From assembly GCF_035594765.1 (NCBI RefSeq), contig NC_085846.1, positions 9,535,190 to 9,599,189 of the forward strand: a stretch of 64,000 nt of DNA, in the 5' to 3' direction. Numbering within the stretch: the first letter of the stretch is position 1; each line of letters begins with the position of its first letter. Below the pieces are notes generated by a model that was given only the letters and a program-made list of their open reading frames with translations, made no database searches and was not told the DNA's origin. This stretch comes from Anolis carolinensis (taxonomy: Eukaryota). Shown piece by piece: positions 13,501-23,613 of the stretch. A program made the position numbers and the translations under genes.

Positions 13501-16500
13501 GAATTCTGGCTTGTTTAAATCCTGTTTGTCCTTGGCTTGTTTCTACAGCCACCAATCCTGAAACAGGAGCCAAGAAATGAGGATGGCAGAGAAAAAGACC
13601 AGAAATGGACCACAAACTTTGTTTATTGTGATGTCTCAACAAAGCCCCAAAATCAATCCTCATAGAGGCTTGGAAGTTTGAAGCCCAAGTCGGGGTGAGC
13701 ACCCGACCATCAGCCCAGCTCATGGTCCACCTAAGCCGTTCGAAAACAGCTGAGCTGTGAGTAGAGAAATTAGGCACTGCTTAAGCGGGGAGGTATTTTG
13801 CAGCACCATAAAAATGCTGGCAATCAAATAACAAGAAGGAAAATTCTGCGATCAAAGGGCTTATCATAGCAGATGGAGCAACAGCACCCCCCTGTGGCCG
13901 GAATCTAGCATAACCTCCAGATGCCGAAGTTAGAAAAAATGCCAATACACTATACCTCTATCGGTTGTCTGGCCTGTATGTCTAATGACATTGAATGTTT
14001 GCAGTGTATGTGTGTGCTGTGATCTGCCCTGAGTCCTCTTTGGGTGAGAAGGGAAGAATATAAATGCTGTAAATGATAAATAAACAAATAAATAAATAAA
14101 TAATGCCAGTTGGCAGCCAACCCCTCACCTATTTCTTTTTCTAGCTGCTCCTCAAGCTTTTTCTTCTCCGCAGTCACCAAGATAAGTTGAGCTTCTGGGC
14201 AAGGAGCATTGTCCTTCTGGGGCACCTCATCTACGTTTTGCTGGGCAGTGGTCATGCAACTAAAGACACACAGATCAAGCCAGGAGGAAACTCACATGAT
14301 TTCGTAGGATTGAGCCATGGTAGTTGACATGTTGTCAAACTTCATTAATTCTACAGTATAGATGTCCCCTGTGGATTTGATTGCACTTTAACTGTCATCA
14401 TACAAAATCCTGGTATTTATAGTGAGGCTATCTAAACTTAGATAACTTTAGAGCTTTATTCAATGGGATGCTAAGTCCCTCACCAAACTCACGATTCCAT
14501 AGGATGGTGCCATGATAGTTTTGTTTTTGTTTGTTTTTTTCATGTCAGGAGCGACTTGAGAAACTGCAAGTCACTTCTGGTGTGAGAAAATTGGCTGTCT
14601 GCAAGGACATTGCCCAGGGGACGCCTGGATGTTTTGATGTTTTTACCATCCTTGTGGGAGGCTTCTCTCATGTCCCCGCATGGAGCTGGAGCTGATAGCG
14701 GGAGCTCATCCGTGCTCTCCCCCAGTTGGATTCGAACCTGACAGCCTTCAGGTCAGCAACCCAACCTTCAAGTCACAAGGCTTTAATTCATTGTCATGAT
14801 AGTTAAAGCAGCATCAAATTGGTCTAATAGTTTGGTGCAGATACACCCTGTGTTATGTTTACATCAAAAGAATATGACAACAAATGGCAAATTTCAGGGG
14901 CTATAAATGTTTAAAAGAGGATGGGTAGGAAATCTCACCTCTCCAGGAGTTTGTCATAATCCATCTTCAGCAAATCTCGTTCGGTCTCCAGGTCCTGGAC
15001 GCGCTCCTGAAACTAAGCAAGGTACAGACCCTCCTATATCTCATAGAGGAAAACCAGGACATATGTCCCGAGCAACATCAGAGCGCAATCAAAAGTTTCC
15101 AAGTCTTGGATTAGCAAAAAGAGAGTTTAAGGGATGTACTGTCTACAGGGTAAATCAACTTTGGCATGGTGATTTGAGTGTTGAACCACACTTTGGGAAC
15201 TAGGGTTTGGATTCCTGCTTGGCCATTAAAACCCACTGAGTGACCTTGGACAAGTCACACACTCTCAGTGTCAGATAGGAGCATTTTAGGTTTGCCATAA
15301 ATCAAAAGTGACTTAAAAGCACACAACACAACTCTCCTACAGGATGGTCCCAGATGTCCTCTTACATCTTTCAGGGTTCCCTGCAAGGGAGAAAGGATTT
15401 CCAGCTGACTCTCTAAGGCTGTGACTTTCTGGGTCTCCTCTTTCAGGTGGGCGTTGAGCTCCTCAACCTGAGCCAACAAGGCCTCACTGGTTGACCTCAA
15501 TGCATCTTGGTTCTGGGGGGGAAAAAGAAAGACAAAAAAAATCACATGAGATTTGCATGGGTTCCTAGACTTGAATTTGAATCTCATTCAATAGAGTTTG
15601 GAAAGTTACCTGCTGGAGATGAGTCTCATAAGCCTAGTGGGAGAGAAAATAAAGTGATGCATTAATGGGGCATGACCTGCAGGGAAGAAGGGAATTTTTT
15701 TTTGTGGGATTGGTATTTGCAGTTTCATTTATCCACATCCAGCAAAATATGTCCTTTCTATGCATTTTTTAGATACTCCAGAGTGACTATATTTTATTCA
15801 TTTATTTTATTCATTCATTAGGGTACACTAATAATTTTCACAAATCATTTAAAAGTCTTGGAACGTACCCCCTGTGGATAAAGGGATCTTATAGTATAGG
15901 TTTGTAATATAGGTTTTCTCTGATCCAGACTTGGTGAAGGCAATTCTATTTTGCAGGGCTGTTGTTGTTAAACTCATAATTGAAAGCCCATATGTGGTCC
16001 CAGGCAGCATCTGGCCTATCTGTATTCCAGATTATTTTAAGAAGTGTTTAGAATGACAGAAAACAATGGGGATAGATAGAAAAGCCAGCTTCACAATGAG
16101 TTGGATTACAAGTCCCATAATTCTGGGGATGATGGGTGCTGTGGTTCAAACATTCTGGAGATTGCCAGGCTGGGAAAAGCTTGTATAGAGGTACAAGGAG
16201 AGTTTGCAAGTGACAAGTTTGAAGTAACAGGACTTACCTCCTGTAAGCCAGCAAACTGGGCTTTGGTTAGCACTAGTTCTGAATTCTTTGTCCTTAAAAG
16301 CTTCTGGAGCCGGATCAACTCCACATTGTCTTGGATGGCAGCCCTGGTAGATCAAAGGAAAGAAAAGTGGGTATGGATCTGAACACACAGACACCAAATT
16401 ATTTCCATCACCTTCACCTATTGAGTTAAAAATGATTATTTATGTTAAGACTGAAACAAAATCGCCACTGTCAAGCAATTCCTGCTGATCCAGATGGATA

Positions 16501-19500
16501 TTCAGAAATCTGAAATAATATATTTTCAGTGAAAAGTCGGCCCTCCACATTTGTTGGGCTTAGGGCTGCAGGACCTCCATGAAAGTTGAACAATCTCGAA
16601 TAAAAAAACACTACTTTCTTTAAATCTGAGAGAATACCTTCCTAGGGATCAATCTATACAGTAGAATTAATGCATTGTCGAAGGCTTTCATGGCCGGAAT
16701 CACTGGATTGTTGTGAGTTTTCCAGGCTGCGTGGCCATGTTCCAGAAGCATTCTCTCCTGACGTTTCGCCTCACAACCTCTGAGGATGCCTGCCATAGAT
16801 GTGGGTGAAACATCAGGAGAAAATGCTTCTGGAACATGCCCATACAGCCTGGAAAACTCACCACAACCCAGAATTAATGCAGTTTGACACCGCTTTAGCT
16901 ACCTAGGATTCCACAGAATTGAGTTAAAGTGTTGTCAAACTGCATTAATTTGACTGTGCAGATGCATTTTGGGAGTTAGCCATATTAGCCATAGAGAGAC
17001 TATATTAATCAAATCTGCAAATAATCAAATCCACAAAACTTGCTTGCAAATACTAAAGACCCCAATCTTTCAGTTTCCACAGTCAGTTACTTAGCTCTGA
17101 AAGTGCCCTCCATTCCCTAGATCTAAATCAGTTTCACACTATTTTTGAACCAATTAACTGCTCCATGGAACAAGCTGCTCTTGGTCTTCACAGACTTTAA
17201 TTAGCTTTCTAATTAGAAGAGTCAGCTTCAACCTTGTTTTTATTTTTTTTAAAACACGTGTAATATCTATGGCTCTTCCTTGGAGCAAGGAAGGATGGGT
17301 GATAATTATGCTGTTTAGTCTCTTAACAAACACACATCCATATCATCCTTACAAATTGGATGGTACACATTTGGGTGGCCCAAAGACAATGAATTTAGGT
17401 GGGAAAAGAAGCAGTACCGACGTTCCTGGACTTCTTCATGGCGCTGCTGATAGTGGGTGCTTTCTGGGTCCGTCGCTTTGCCAAGCGGGGAAGTGGACTC
17501 CCGGTCTAGTCCCAGTTCTGCCAGAACCAGACTGTGGTGGCTCCTAAAGGAAGAATTAAAGGAGATTCAACTCTCTAGGAAAATAACAACGGGAGAAGAT
17601 AGCAATCAACATTCAACAGTGTCATGGTTGGAAATCGGGGGGCCCTCCACAAGTTGTTGGACTACAACTCCTAGCAACTACCATAGTCAGTGGTAGGAAT
17701 GCTGGGAGCTTCAATCAACAACATCTGGAGAGTAATGTGGTTCTCACCAAAAGATTTGAACCAGGCTCATTATATTGCAGTCTTCAAATCGAAACACAAC
17801 ACTGGGGAATAATTACTTTTCTGGGCTTCAACTCACCAGAATTGCCTTGGTCGGGGAATTCTGAGAGTTGTAGTCTAAAAAGGTAAGCTTTGGTGATTCT
17901 GGTTGCGGTGTTTCCTTTCCTGGCACTGTTGGAAAAATGTCATCCTGCACTGCTTAAGTCTCTATGGTTAGATAGGAAGCCTAGAAAAGAGTTAGGGACA
18001 CCTTCCCCAGTTCCATGCATGCTCTGATTAGGCTTTACTATTGTTTGCTCCTTCCTGCCCTATTTAGGTCAACCCACCCTTTTGATGCTTTAGAAATGTG
18101 ATCTCTCCTAGGGTTGACATAACTTCCCCAATTTGGCTTTTGGAATGTTTATGGCCCTAGAGAAGAAGCGACCCACGAGGTTTGGTCGCCATTCCATCTT
18201 CCTGCTTTGTTCCAGAGAGAGGACACACTCTGTCCGCTCCTATTAGTCAAGATGTAGCTATCTAGATCTTTGTTATTTTAATCCGTCTATGTGTATTAGA
18301 ACAGGATTAGATTAGATAGTTAGCTCCGAACCTTTTCTATCCATCAATGGATTTCTTTTTGCCTCAATAAATGCTTTTAAACTTTAAAGCTAACTTTGCA
18401 TTCCTTTGCCTTCCTGAAGACACAGAGGCCTTCCGAAACTCACACCACGCGTAAGTCTCACTGCTGCATTTTACTCTGCTATTTTAATGGGAATTTACCT
18501 CATAAAGAGGGTGATTAGAGCTTAGCGGTTCATCAATTCCCAACAGGCACAACTTTACATTGTGAGCAAGGCAAACCTGTTGCAGGTCCCCACTGATCCA
18601 CAAAAAATGTGGTGGACAAGAGGCAAGCAACCCAAGCTGTCTCCACAATGCAGAATTATAGCAGTTTGATCCCACATTAACTGCCACGGCTCAATGCTAT
18701 GGAATTATGTGGGTTGTCGTTCTGTGAGATACTTACCCTTCTCTTTTAGAGATCTCTGAGGCCACAACAAACAACAAACTCCAGTATTTCTCAGGAAAGT
18801 GCTATGGCAGTTGAAGTGACATCAAACTGCTACGATTCTGCAGTGTGGATGGTCTCCTAGTAAAGTTGCGAATGAAAAATAAGACTCACAGTCTTTCCAT
18901 CTCTGCTCGGGATCCCTCCAGAACATGGTCCCCATATCTTGGAGGGGCTGTGTGGGTTGGTCTGGCCACTGGCCCCTGCATCCGCATCCCTGTTGACACA
19001 AGAGGAGAGAATTACAAACTGGAAGTTGTGTCTCCCAGTTCTTGCTTTGTATGATGGAAAGCTACTCTGGACTGTCCAAACATCTTTGGACCTGGTGGGA
19101 GTTGATCCAGGTCAAGATAAATGTCTAGTCCTCCAAAGGTTTTGGACTAGAAACAAGAGAGCAAGTAAAGAAAACCAATGTCTACTTACGGATCTTCTCA
19201 TATTCTTAATCCAGGAATTCCTAACCTCTAGCCCTCTAGGAGTTTTGGGCTTCAGCCCCCAAAAGCCTCAGATGCCTTGACTAATGATCAGAGATTCTGG
19301 GATCTGAAGTCCAAAACACCTGGAAGACCAGAGTTTGGGTAACACTCTTCTAGGACTTTTTCATCAATGATGTTTTGAATGATGATGTGACCGTTCCCAC
19401 AGAACTCTGATATGGGTTTTCCTTGTGACATTTATGGGTGTGAGAGTGAATGTTTCTCACCTCGTCCCCTCCACCATTTCTTTTGAGATAAAAAAGACCC

Positions 19501-22500
19501 CTAAAATCTGGATCAACCTATCCATGAGTCAATGATGGAAATGCTCTGTGGTCCACATCATGTTGGGTGATGGAAGTGGAGCAGAATGGCAGCCAATTTT
19601 AATAGGGAGCGAATGCATAAGCATCTCCTCTTGTTTCATATACAAACAATGAAGGGTCGAACCTGACTTTGACATTGCCAAAAGGTCGATATCTTCCAGA
19701 GTTCCCAAGGGCAACAAATCAGCCTAACAGATGAAAGACTGGCCTCATGGTACACATAAGACCTATTTTCCAAGACCGGTGCAACTGCCTAACACTGCTT
19801 TCTGAAGTTACAAACTCATTATAAACAGTAGAGCCAACCCTAAAAATGAAGCCTGTTGTCTTTACCTTTAGACCCAAAAATGAGAATTTGACCATCCAAG
19901 AAATGGACACAACTTCACCCCAAACCCTCTTACCTTTGGCTAGCCTCTCTGGCACCCGCCCAACAGCAGTGTTTGCCCGTCGAAGTCCTGTGTTAACCCT
20001 GGGGGTGACATAGCTATATGGACAATGCCGTCCACAGCCCTGAAGCTGCAGCTGTTGCTTGTAAAAGAGGAGACGGTTCCTCAGCCCCTCGTTGTGTCTC
20101 TCCAGCTCCCGAACCCGTTCCTGCATCTCTTCCAAATCTTCCTCCAGGTCTAGGTTTCGTCCAGTACTGCGAACCCAGCTCCCTGGTCTCCCGTCAAGTT
20201 GAGCTCGCTCGTGGCTGAGTCTTGAGAGCTTGGTGCCCATCCTGGGAGAAGAAAATATTTATCAAGAAAGACACCAACTTCGCTTGCCAAGAGAAGGACC
20301 CCTGTATTCTGGAATATAGACCTAGAAAGTAAGTTTTTGAATTTAGGGTCATTGTCTGGGCTTCTTTGCCAGGGTGTGAATCACTGCTTGAGAAGAATGT
20401 TGACCAAACTGGAAAGGATCTGTAGAAGAGAAGACTGATGAAAGAACTGAAAAAGGAATCATGATAAAAATGAAAAGAGATTAATATTCATAGACTTTGT
20501 TCTCTTCCCATCCATAATAAAGTTGTGTGTGCTTTGTTTGTTTCTCCACTTTGCAGAGTCTTGCAATCCTTGCATTCTGCCACTAGAAGGCACTATGGTA
20601 CAATTGGCCTCGGTCTATGTCAGTGGTTCCCAATCTGTGGTTCTTCCCAAATCAGCTCCCACAATTCCTAACAACTGGGTGAAGAGGGAGTTGAAGTCAA
20701 AAACACTTGGAGGACCAAAGGTTGGGAGCCACTGGTCTAGGTGAAAATAATGCAATGTGCTCAATGGCGGCATCTGGTGGCAGAATTCAGTATTAGGCCT
20801 AACTGAATTATTAGGTAGTTTTAAAAAAAACGATTCGTCTAAAATATGATAAATAGCACATTAATTAATGGGAAAAATTATCAATCACACCACCAAGATG
20901 ACCGAAAGGTAATTCACAATGCACTTCACATTAAGCAACAATTATAATTTTGAAATTCTTATAATCTTTAATACCTTTTGATTCTGTCCTCTTGTTTTCG
21001 GGCAAACTCTTTGAGCAGTAAATTTTCATCATGAAGTCGTAGAAATCCATCCTCCAGCTCTGTGCGGGTCACTCGGGCAATCTGACGTCGTGTCCTTGCC
21101 AATGAGCGTGACCCTGAAAACAAGAGATAAGGGAAGATTTTAATCAACTATTAGCAAAACTTGAAGAGTTGCGAGAATCCTGCTGTAAAAAATTGTTTTA
21201 GGGGAGAGCCAGGATGGTGCAGTGACTTAGACACTGGACTCTGACTCCCGACACCAGGGTTCAGCACCCTCTCTGGATAAATCCTGTCAAGAAAAACCTA
21301 TGATGGGTTTACTTCAATGTCACCATAAGTTGCAAATAACGTGAAGGCACACAGCAACAATTTCTTGGTCTTTGTGAATTTTCTTTAGGTCTAAAAATAT
21401 TAAAAGCACCAGGTTCTGTCTCATCTTGGACACTAAGCTAGCTAGGACTTGGTTGGGAACTGCCAAGAAATAGCAAGTTCTGTAGGCTGCATTTAAAAGG
21501 AAATTAATGGCAAACCATTTCTGAGTATTCCTTGCCCATGAAATCCCCTGAAATTCATGGGATCACCATGTCAGTGGACAGCTTGAAAACACCCATTCAC
21601 ACATTCTGTTTACTATTTTATTGGTTGTTCCTATCTCAATCCAGTACATTCTTAACCTCCTACAGTAAATCCACATTTCAAAATGATTTTTGTATGGTTG
21701 TTTGTATTAAAGTGCAAAATTAATTGCCTTATAGTTGAACTAAGAATGCATAGCTGCTTACCGTGTCTATTGCCAAAGCTAATTTTACATTCTTGCTGCC
21801 TGTTCCAGCTATATGAGGCCAGCGGAGTAATAATGATTATATGCTTCATATGACAAACATGGTGAAACAATGAACTGCTTGCCATGACTTCCTATTGCCT
21901 ACCTTTCAATAAGGATTTCAGCACAGGGGGTTTCACTGGGATGACAGCAGATGACGAGACATCTAGAAGAAAGGAGGCTCATTATCAGTGTAGAACATCA
22001 TCAAAGGGCATATGTTTTATTTATGGTGAGAGAGAGATGATCACATAGACTGGCACTATTCAAAGTGATGGCCCATGGACCGGTGTCAGTCCGTGAGTTG
22101 TTGGTCTTTAGAGTGTTTCAAGGAAAGTAAGAAACAAAGGTAGCCCATGGAATCAAATTTTGTTATGTGGCTTCAGCTTCCACAAACCTCAGGTTCGGGG
22201 TCTGGCGTGTATAACTTCAAAGAACCAAATAAGACACAGACAGGTTGAAGGCAATGATCAGAGGTGTTATTCTCCCTGGCCAAAAAGGATGTCAGCTGAA
22301 GCAGAGCTCAAAAAACCCTAATATATCGCAATTACGAACCTAGAGGTTTATTTACAGCACTTTGACTACCACATTGGCTTCTGATTGGTCTGAAATTGTG
22401 CCACCTAGGATCCATTTCTTGATAGGTTCTTGGCTCTGTCCGAAGTCATTGCCGGTTGGTTCTAGTCATAGTGAGAAATTTAATAAACTGTTATTGGATT

Positions 22501-23613
22501 ATTTTGAAGGCTTGCATGCATTTATTTATCAACTCAGGACAGGGGTTCAAGTGGAAAGGAATGAGGTGAGTAAGAGATAATGGGCCAAAATGGGTTTTGA
22601 TGTCTCAACTCTGGTTGATACAATGGGTGTCAGTCAAGTAACCAAATTTGTTCTCAGTGTGTTGATAATTTCAATGGAGACCCCAAGGAGGGGATCCGAT
22701 TTGGAAATATAGGAAAGGAAATGTTCCCAGGAATGAAATCAAATCCTATCAGGGAAACCAGAAAAAGACCCAGCAATTCTTTCATAAGTACATTGTATAT
22801 GTTGTGTTTCTTCCTGGGGTATTGTGAAAGGATTATGATAACGAATGTGTACCTAGCCATCCTCTGAGGTATGTATGGTGATTGTGCAACATTCCAGGGG
22901 CTTCAGTAAAAGACAGTCTGAAACTAGGAATGAAGTCAACATGGACTCCCTAATTCATCTTTATGAAATTGCAGACTATGGGGGTGATCACGTTGGGGTC
23001 CGGTTTTCAACAACAATATGGTACCAGTTTCTGGCCAAACTTCCACATTAGATTGCTTAAGAAGCACTGACAGAGATTAAACTTTGGGTCCCGAGTCAGG
23101 ACAAAGGCAGGATACGATATTCATTCATTAAAGTTGTTGAGTGATATCCTCAGAGATTTATTTTCAAAACCTTCCATGTATACCCAAATCTGTGGTGCTC
23201 AAGACTCTTCATATACAATTGTGGAACAAAATGGCATCCCTTATATAAAATGACAAATCAAAATTAAAAATATTATCAAGACATGACTACCATCTGAAGA
23301 ATGTGCATGGACAGTGCAATTTTCACTCTGCTTGCAGGGGAGAAAAAACAAGATTTTAGTGCTTAAGGGAGTGTAGAAGACCTCTCTAGCAAAGAATTCA
23401 AAAATGTTGGCTTCTGGACATGCCCACTCTTTAGGAAGTGTTCCTATCTTACAGTGTGGCAGTCACAGAGAGTCCTTTTCCCCAGATGCCCTTTCCCATC
23501 AGTATCGTGACCTCATATGACTGACCTTGTATGGCTGCTATCACCGAGGGCTTCTGGTTGGTGTCTCGGACTGGCAGGTCCCCCGCTGTTTCATCCAACA
23601 GGAGCAGAGACAT
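524..23613 (-). CDS. RPGRIP1: RPGR-interacting protein 1 (coiled coil + two C2 domains), 21 coding exons in window, 3' end outside window
   Basis: 21 GT-AG exons join in phase (3279 nt, 1093 codons). Motifs [53 protein letters not shown] match RPGRIP1. Head-to-head with HNRNPC as at human 14q11.2. Confidence 0.93.
1213..1925 (-). mobile_element. 5'-truncated L1/Tx1-clade LINE
   Basis: KCWKC...HIWWTC zinc-knuckle ORF end; 17-bp TSD TACTCTATTATTATTAA at 1196 and 1926. Confidence 0.8.
2021..2345 (-). mobile_element. Sauria SINE
   Basis: (ACCTTT)n tail on minus strand; six near-identical copies in window. Confidence 0.85.
2358..2676. mobile_element. ~320-bp pogo/Tigger-like MITE
   Basis: TIR CAGTAGAGTCTCACTTATCCAAC, TA TSD; ten copies in window. 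Confidence 0.88.
3063..3195 (-). CDS. RPGRIP1: RPGRIP1 acidic exon ([12 protein letters not shown]...MSKKP)
   Basis: 133 nt, phase 0-1, open. Confidence 0.75.
3242..3428. mobile_element. Palindromic MITE (probably hAT-derived)
   Basis: Near-perfect inverted repeat centred on CTTAAG; relatives at 54081-54240 and 56095-56240. Confidence 0.75.
3493..3696 (-). CDS. RPGRIP1: RPGRIP1 exon (KPRESNAG...EDAQE)
   Basis: 204 nt, phase 0-0; alternative in-frame donor at 3559. Confidence 0.75.
3810..4108 (+). mobile_element. Sauria SINE
   Basis: Same family, tRNA-like head, ACCTTTACCT tail. Confidence 0.85.
4109..4157. repeat. (AATAT)n microsatellite
   Basis: Direct observation. Confidence 0.95.
4651..4820 (-). 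CDS. RPGRIP1: RPGRIP1 exon ([16 protein letters not shown]...)
   Basis: 170 nt, homology to GDFNLTDPAEKPNGSI. Confidence 0.9.
5030..5622 (+). mobile_element. Penelope-like element 3' fragment
   Basis: End of GIY-YIG region (EKSATAEHL...RKAIEIH) plus shared 3' tail. Confidence 0.8.
5988..6321 (-). CDS. RPGRIP1: RPGRIP1 exon, second C2 domain
   Basis: 334 nt; [24 protein letters not shown]; an alternative in-frame acceptor would start at 6315. Confidence 0.92.
6475..7130 (-). mobile_element. Degraded CR1 LINE fragment
   Basis: Reverse complement of CR1 3' region, similar to 205-351. Confidence 0.6.
7254..7576. mobile_element. pogo/Tigger-like MITE
   Basis: Same TIRs, TA TSD. Confidence 0.88.
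7915..8078 (-). CDS. RPGRIP1: RPGRIP1 exon ([20 protein letters not shown]...)
   Basis: 164 nt, phase 1-0. Confidence 0.92.
8253..8293. repeat. (CAT)n microsatellite
   Basis: Direct observation. Confidence 0.95.
8540..8861. mobile_element. pogo/Tigger-like MITE
   Basis: Same TIRs, TA TSD. Confidence 0.88.
9155..9477. mobile_element. pogo/Tigger-like MITE
   Basis: Same TIRs, TA TSD. Confidence 0.88.
9527..9979 (-). CDS. RPGRIP1: RPGRIP1 exon, first C2 domain
   Basis: 453 nt; [35 protein letters not shown]. Confidence 0.93.
10510..10560. repeat. (ATT)n microsatellite
   Basis: Direct observation; also 1135-1182. Confidence 0.95.
10561..10741 (-). mobile_element. R4/Dong-clade LINE 3' fragment
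   Basis: Encodes [25 protein letters not shown]-stop; abuts (TAA)n. Confidence 0.65.
11256..11373 (-). CDS. RPGRIP1: RPGRIP1 exon (AELEGVLL...[13 protein letters not shown])
   Basis: 118 nt, phase 0-1. Confidence 0.9.
11901..12224 (-). mobile_element. Sauria SINE
   Basis: Same family. Confidence 0.85.
12480..12656 (-). CDS. RPGRIP1: RPGRIP1 exon (…[26 protein letters not shown])
   Basis: 177 nt, strong family motif. Confidence 0.9.
12840..12973 (-). CDS. RPGRIP1: RPGRIP1 exon ([10 protein letters not shown]...HQIQ)
   Basis: 134 nt, phase 1-0. Confidence 0.83.
13177..13385. mobile_element. Inverted pair of Penelope 3' termini
   Basis: ~80-bp inverted arms of the Penelope tail. Confidence 0.75.
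14129..14259 (-). CDS. RPGRIP1: RPGRIP1 exon (CMTTAQQ...QLEKEI)
   Basis: 131 nt, phase 2-1. Confidence 0.82.
14541..14790 (-). mobile_element. tRNA-derived SINE (second anole family)
   Basis: Near-identical to 62680-62937; poly-A tail and B-box GGTTCGAATCC on minus strand. Confidence 0.75.
14939..15012 (-). CDS. RPGRIP1: RPGRIP1 exon ([24 protein letters not shown])
   Basis: 74 nt, homology to FQERVEDLEKE. Confidence 0.9.
15366..15512 (-). CDS. RPGRIP1: RPGRIP1 exon (NQDALRST...LQGTLKD)
   Basis: 147 nt, phase 0-0. Confidence 0.9.
15610..15633 (-). CDS. RPGRIP1: RPGRIP1 24-nt micro-exon (AYETHLQQ)
   Basis: Matches mammalian AYETLLQK; ag/gt flanks. Confidence 0.88.
16238..16343 (-). CDS. 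RPGRIP1: RPGRIP1 exon ([16 protein letters not shown]...GLQE)
   Basis: 106 nt, homology to VELIRLKKLL. Confidence 0.9.
16675..16871. mobile_element. Inverted pair of Penelope 3' termini
   Basis: Same structure as 13177-13385. Confidence 0.75.
17418..17543 (-). CDS. RPGRIP1: RPGRIP1 exon ([12 protein letters not shown]...EEVQER)
   Basis: 126 nt, phase 2-2, open frame. Confidence 0.8.
18890..18989 (-). CDS. RPGRIP1: RPGRIP1 exon (GMRMQGP...[21 protein letters not shown])
   Basis: 100 nt, phase 1-2, donor gtgagt. Confidence 0.85.
19934..20241 (-). CDS. RPGRIP1: RPGRIP1 exon (MGTKLSRL...PERLAK)
   Basis: 308 nt, within ORF 19719-20240, donor AAG|gtaag. Confidence 0.9.
20975..21113 (-). CDS. 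RPGRIP1: RPGRIP1 exon ([33 protein letters not shown])
   Basis: 139 nt, canonical splice sites, family homology. Confidence 0.9.
21903..21962 (-). CDS. RPGRIP1: RPGRIP1 candidate 60-nt exon ([20 protein letters not shown])
   Basis: tcttctag acceptor, AAG|gtaggc donor, open and phase 1-1; no recalled homology. Confidence 0.6.
23526..23613 (-). CDS. RPGRIP1: RPGRIP1 first coding exon ([17 protein letters not shown]...); exon extends to 23636
   Basis: ATG at 23613; acceptor ttgttctag before 23636; donor G|gtcag, phase 1. Confidence 0.88.

Noticed and set aside
17900-18460. Possible solo LTR
   Set aside because: LTR-like feel (AATAAA, TG..CA) but no TSD or second copy.
22161-23015. Possible solo LTR
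   Set aside because: TGTT...AACA ends but flanks do not form a TSD.
524-23613. Calling the gene RPGRIP1L
   Set aside because: C2-domain motifs (FETHCTP, LRSRWLG) and HNRNPC synteny fit RPGRIP1.
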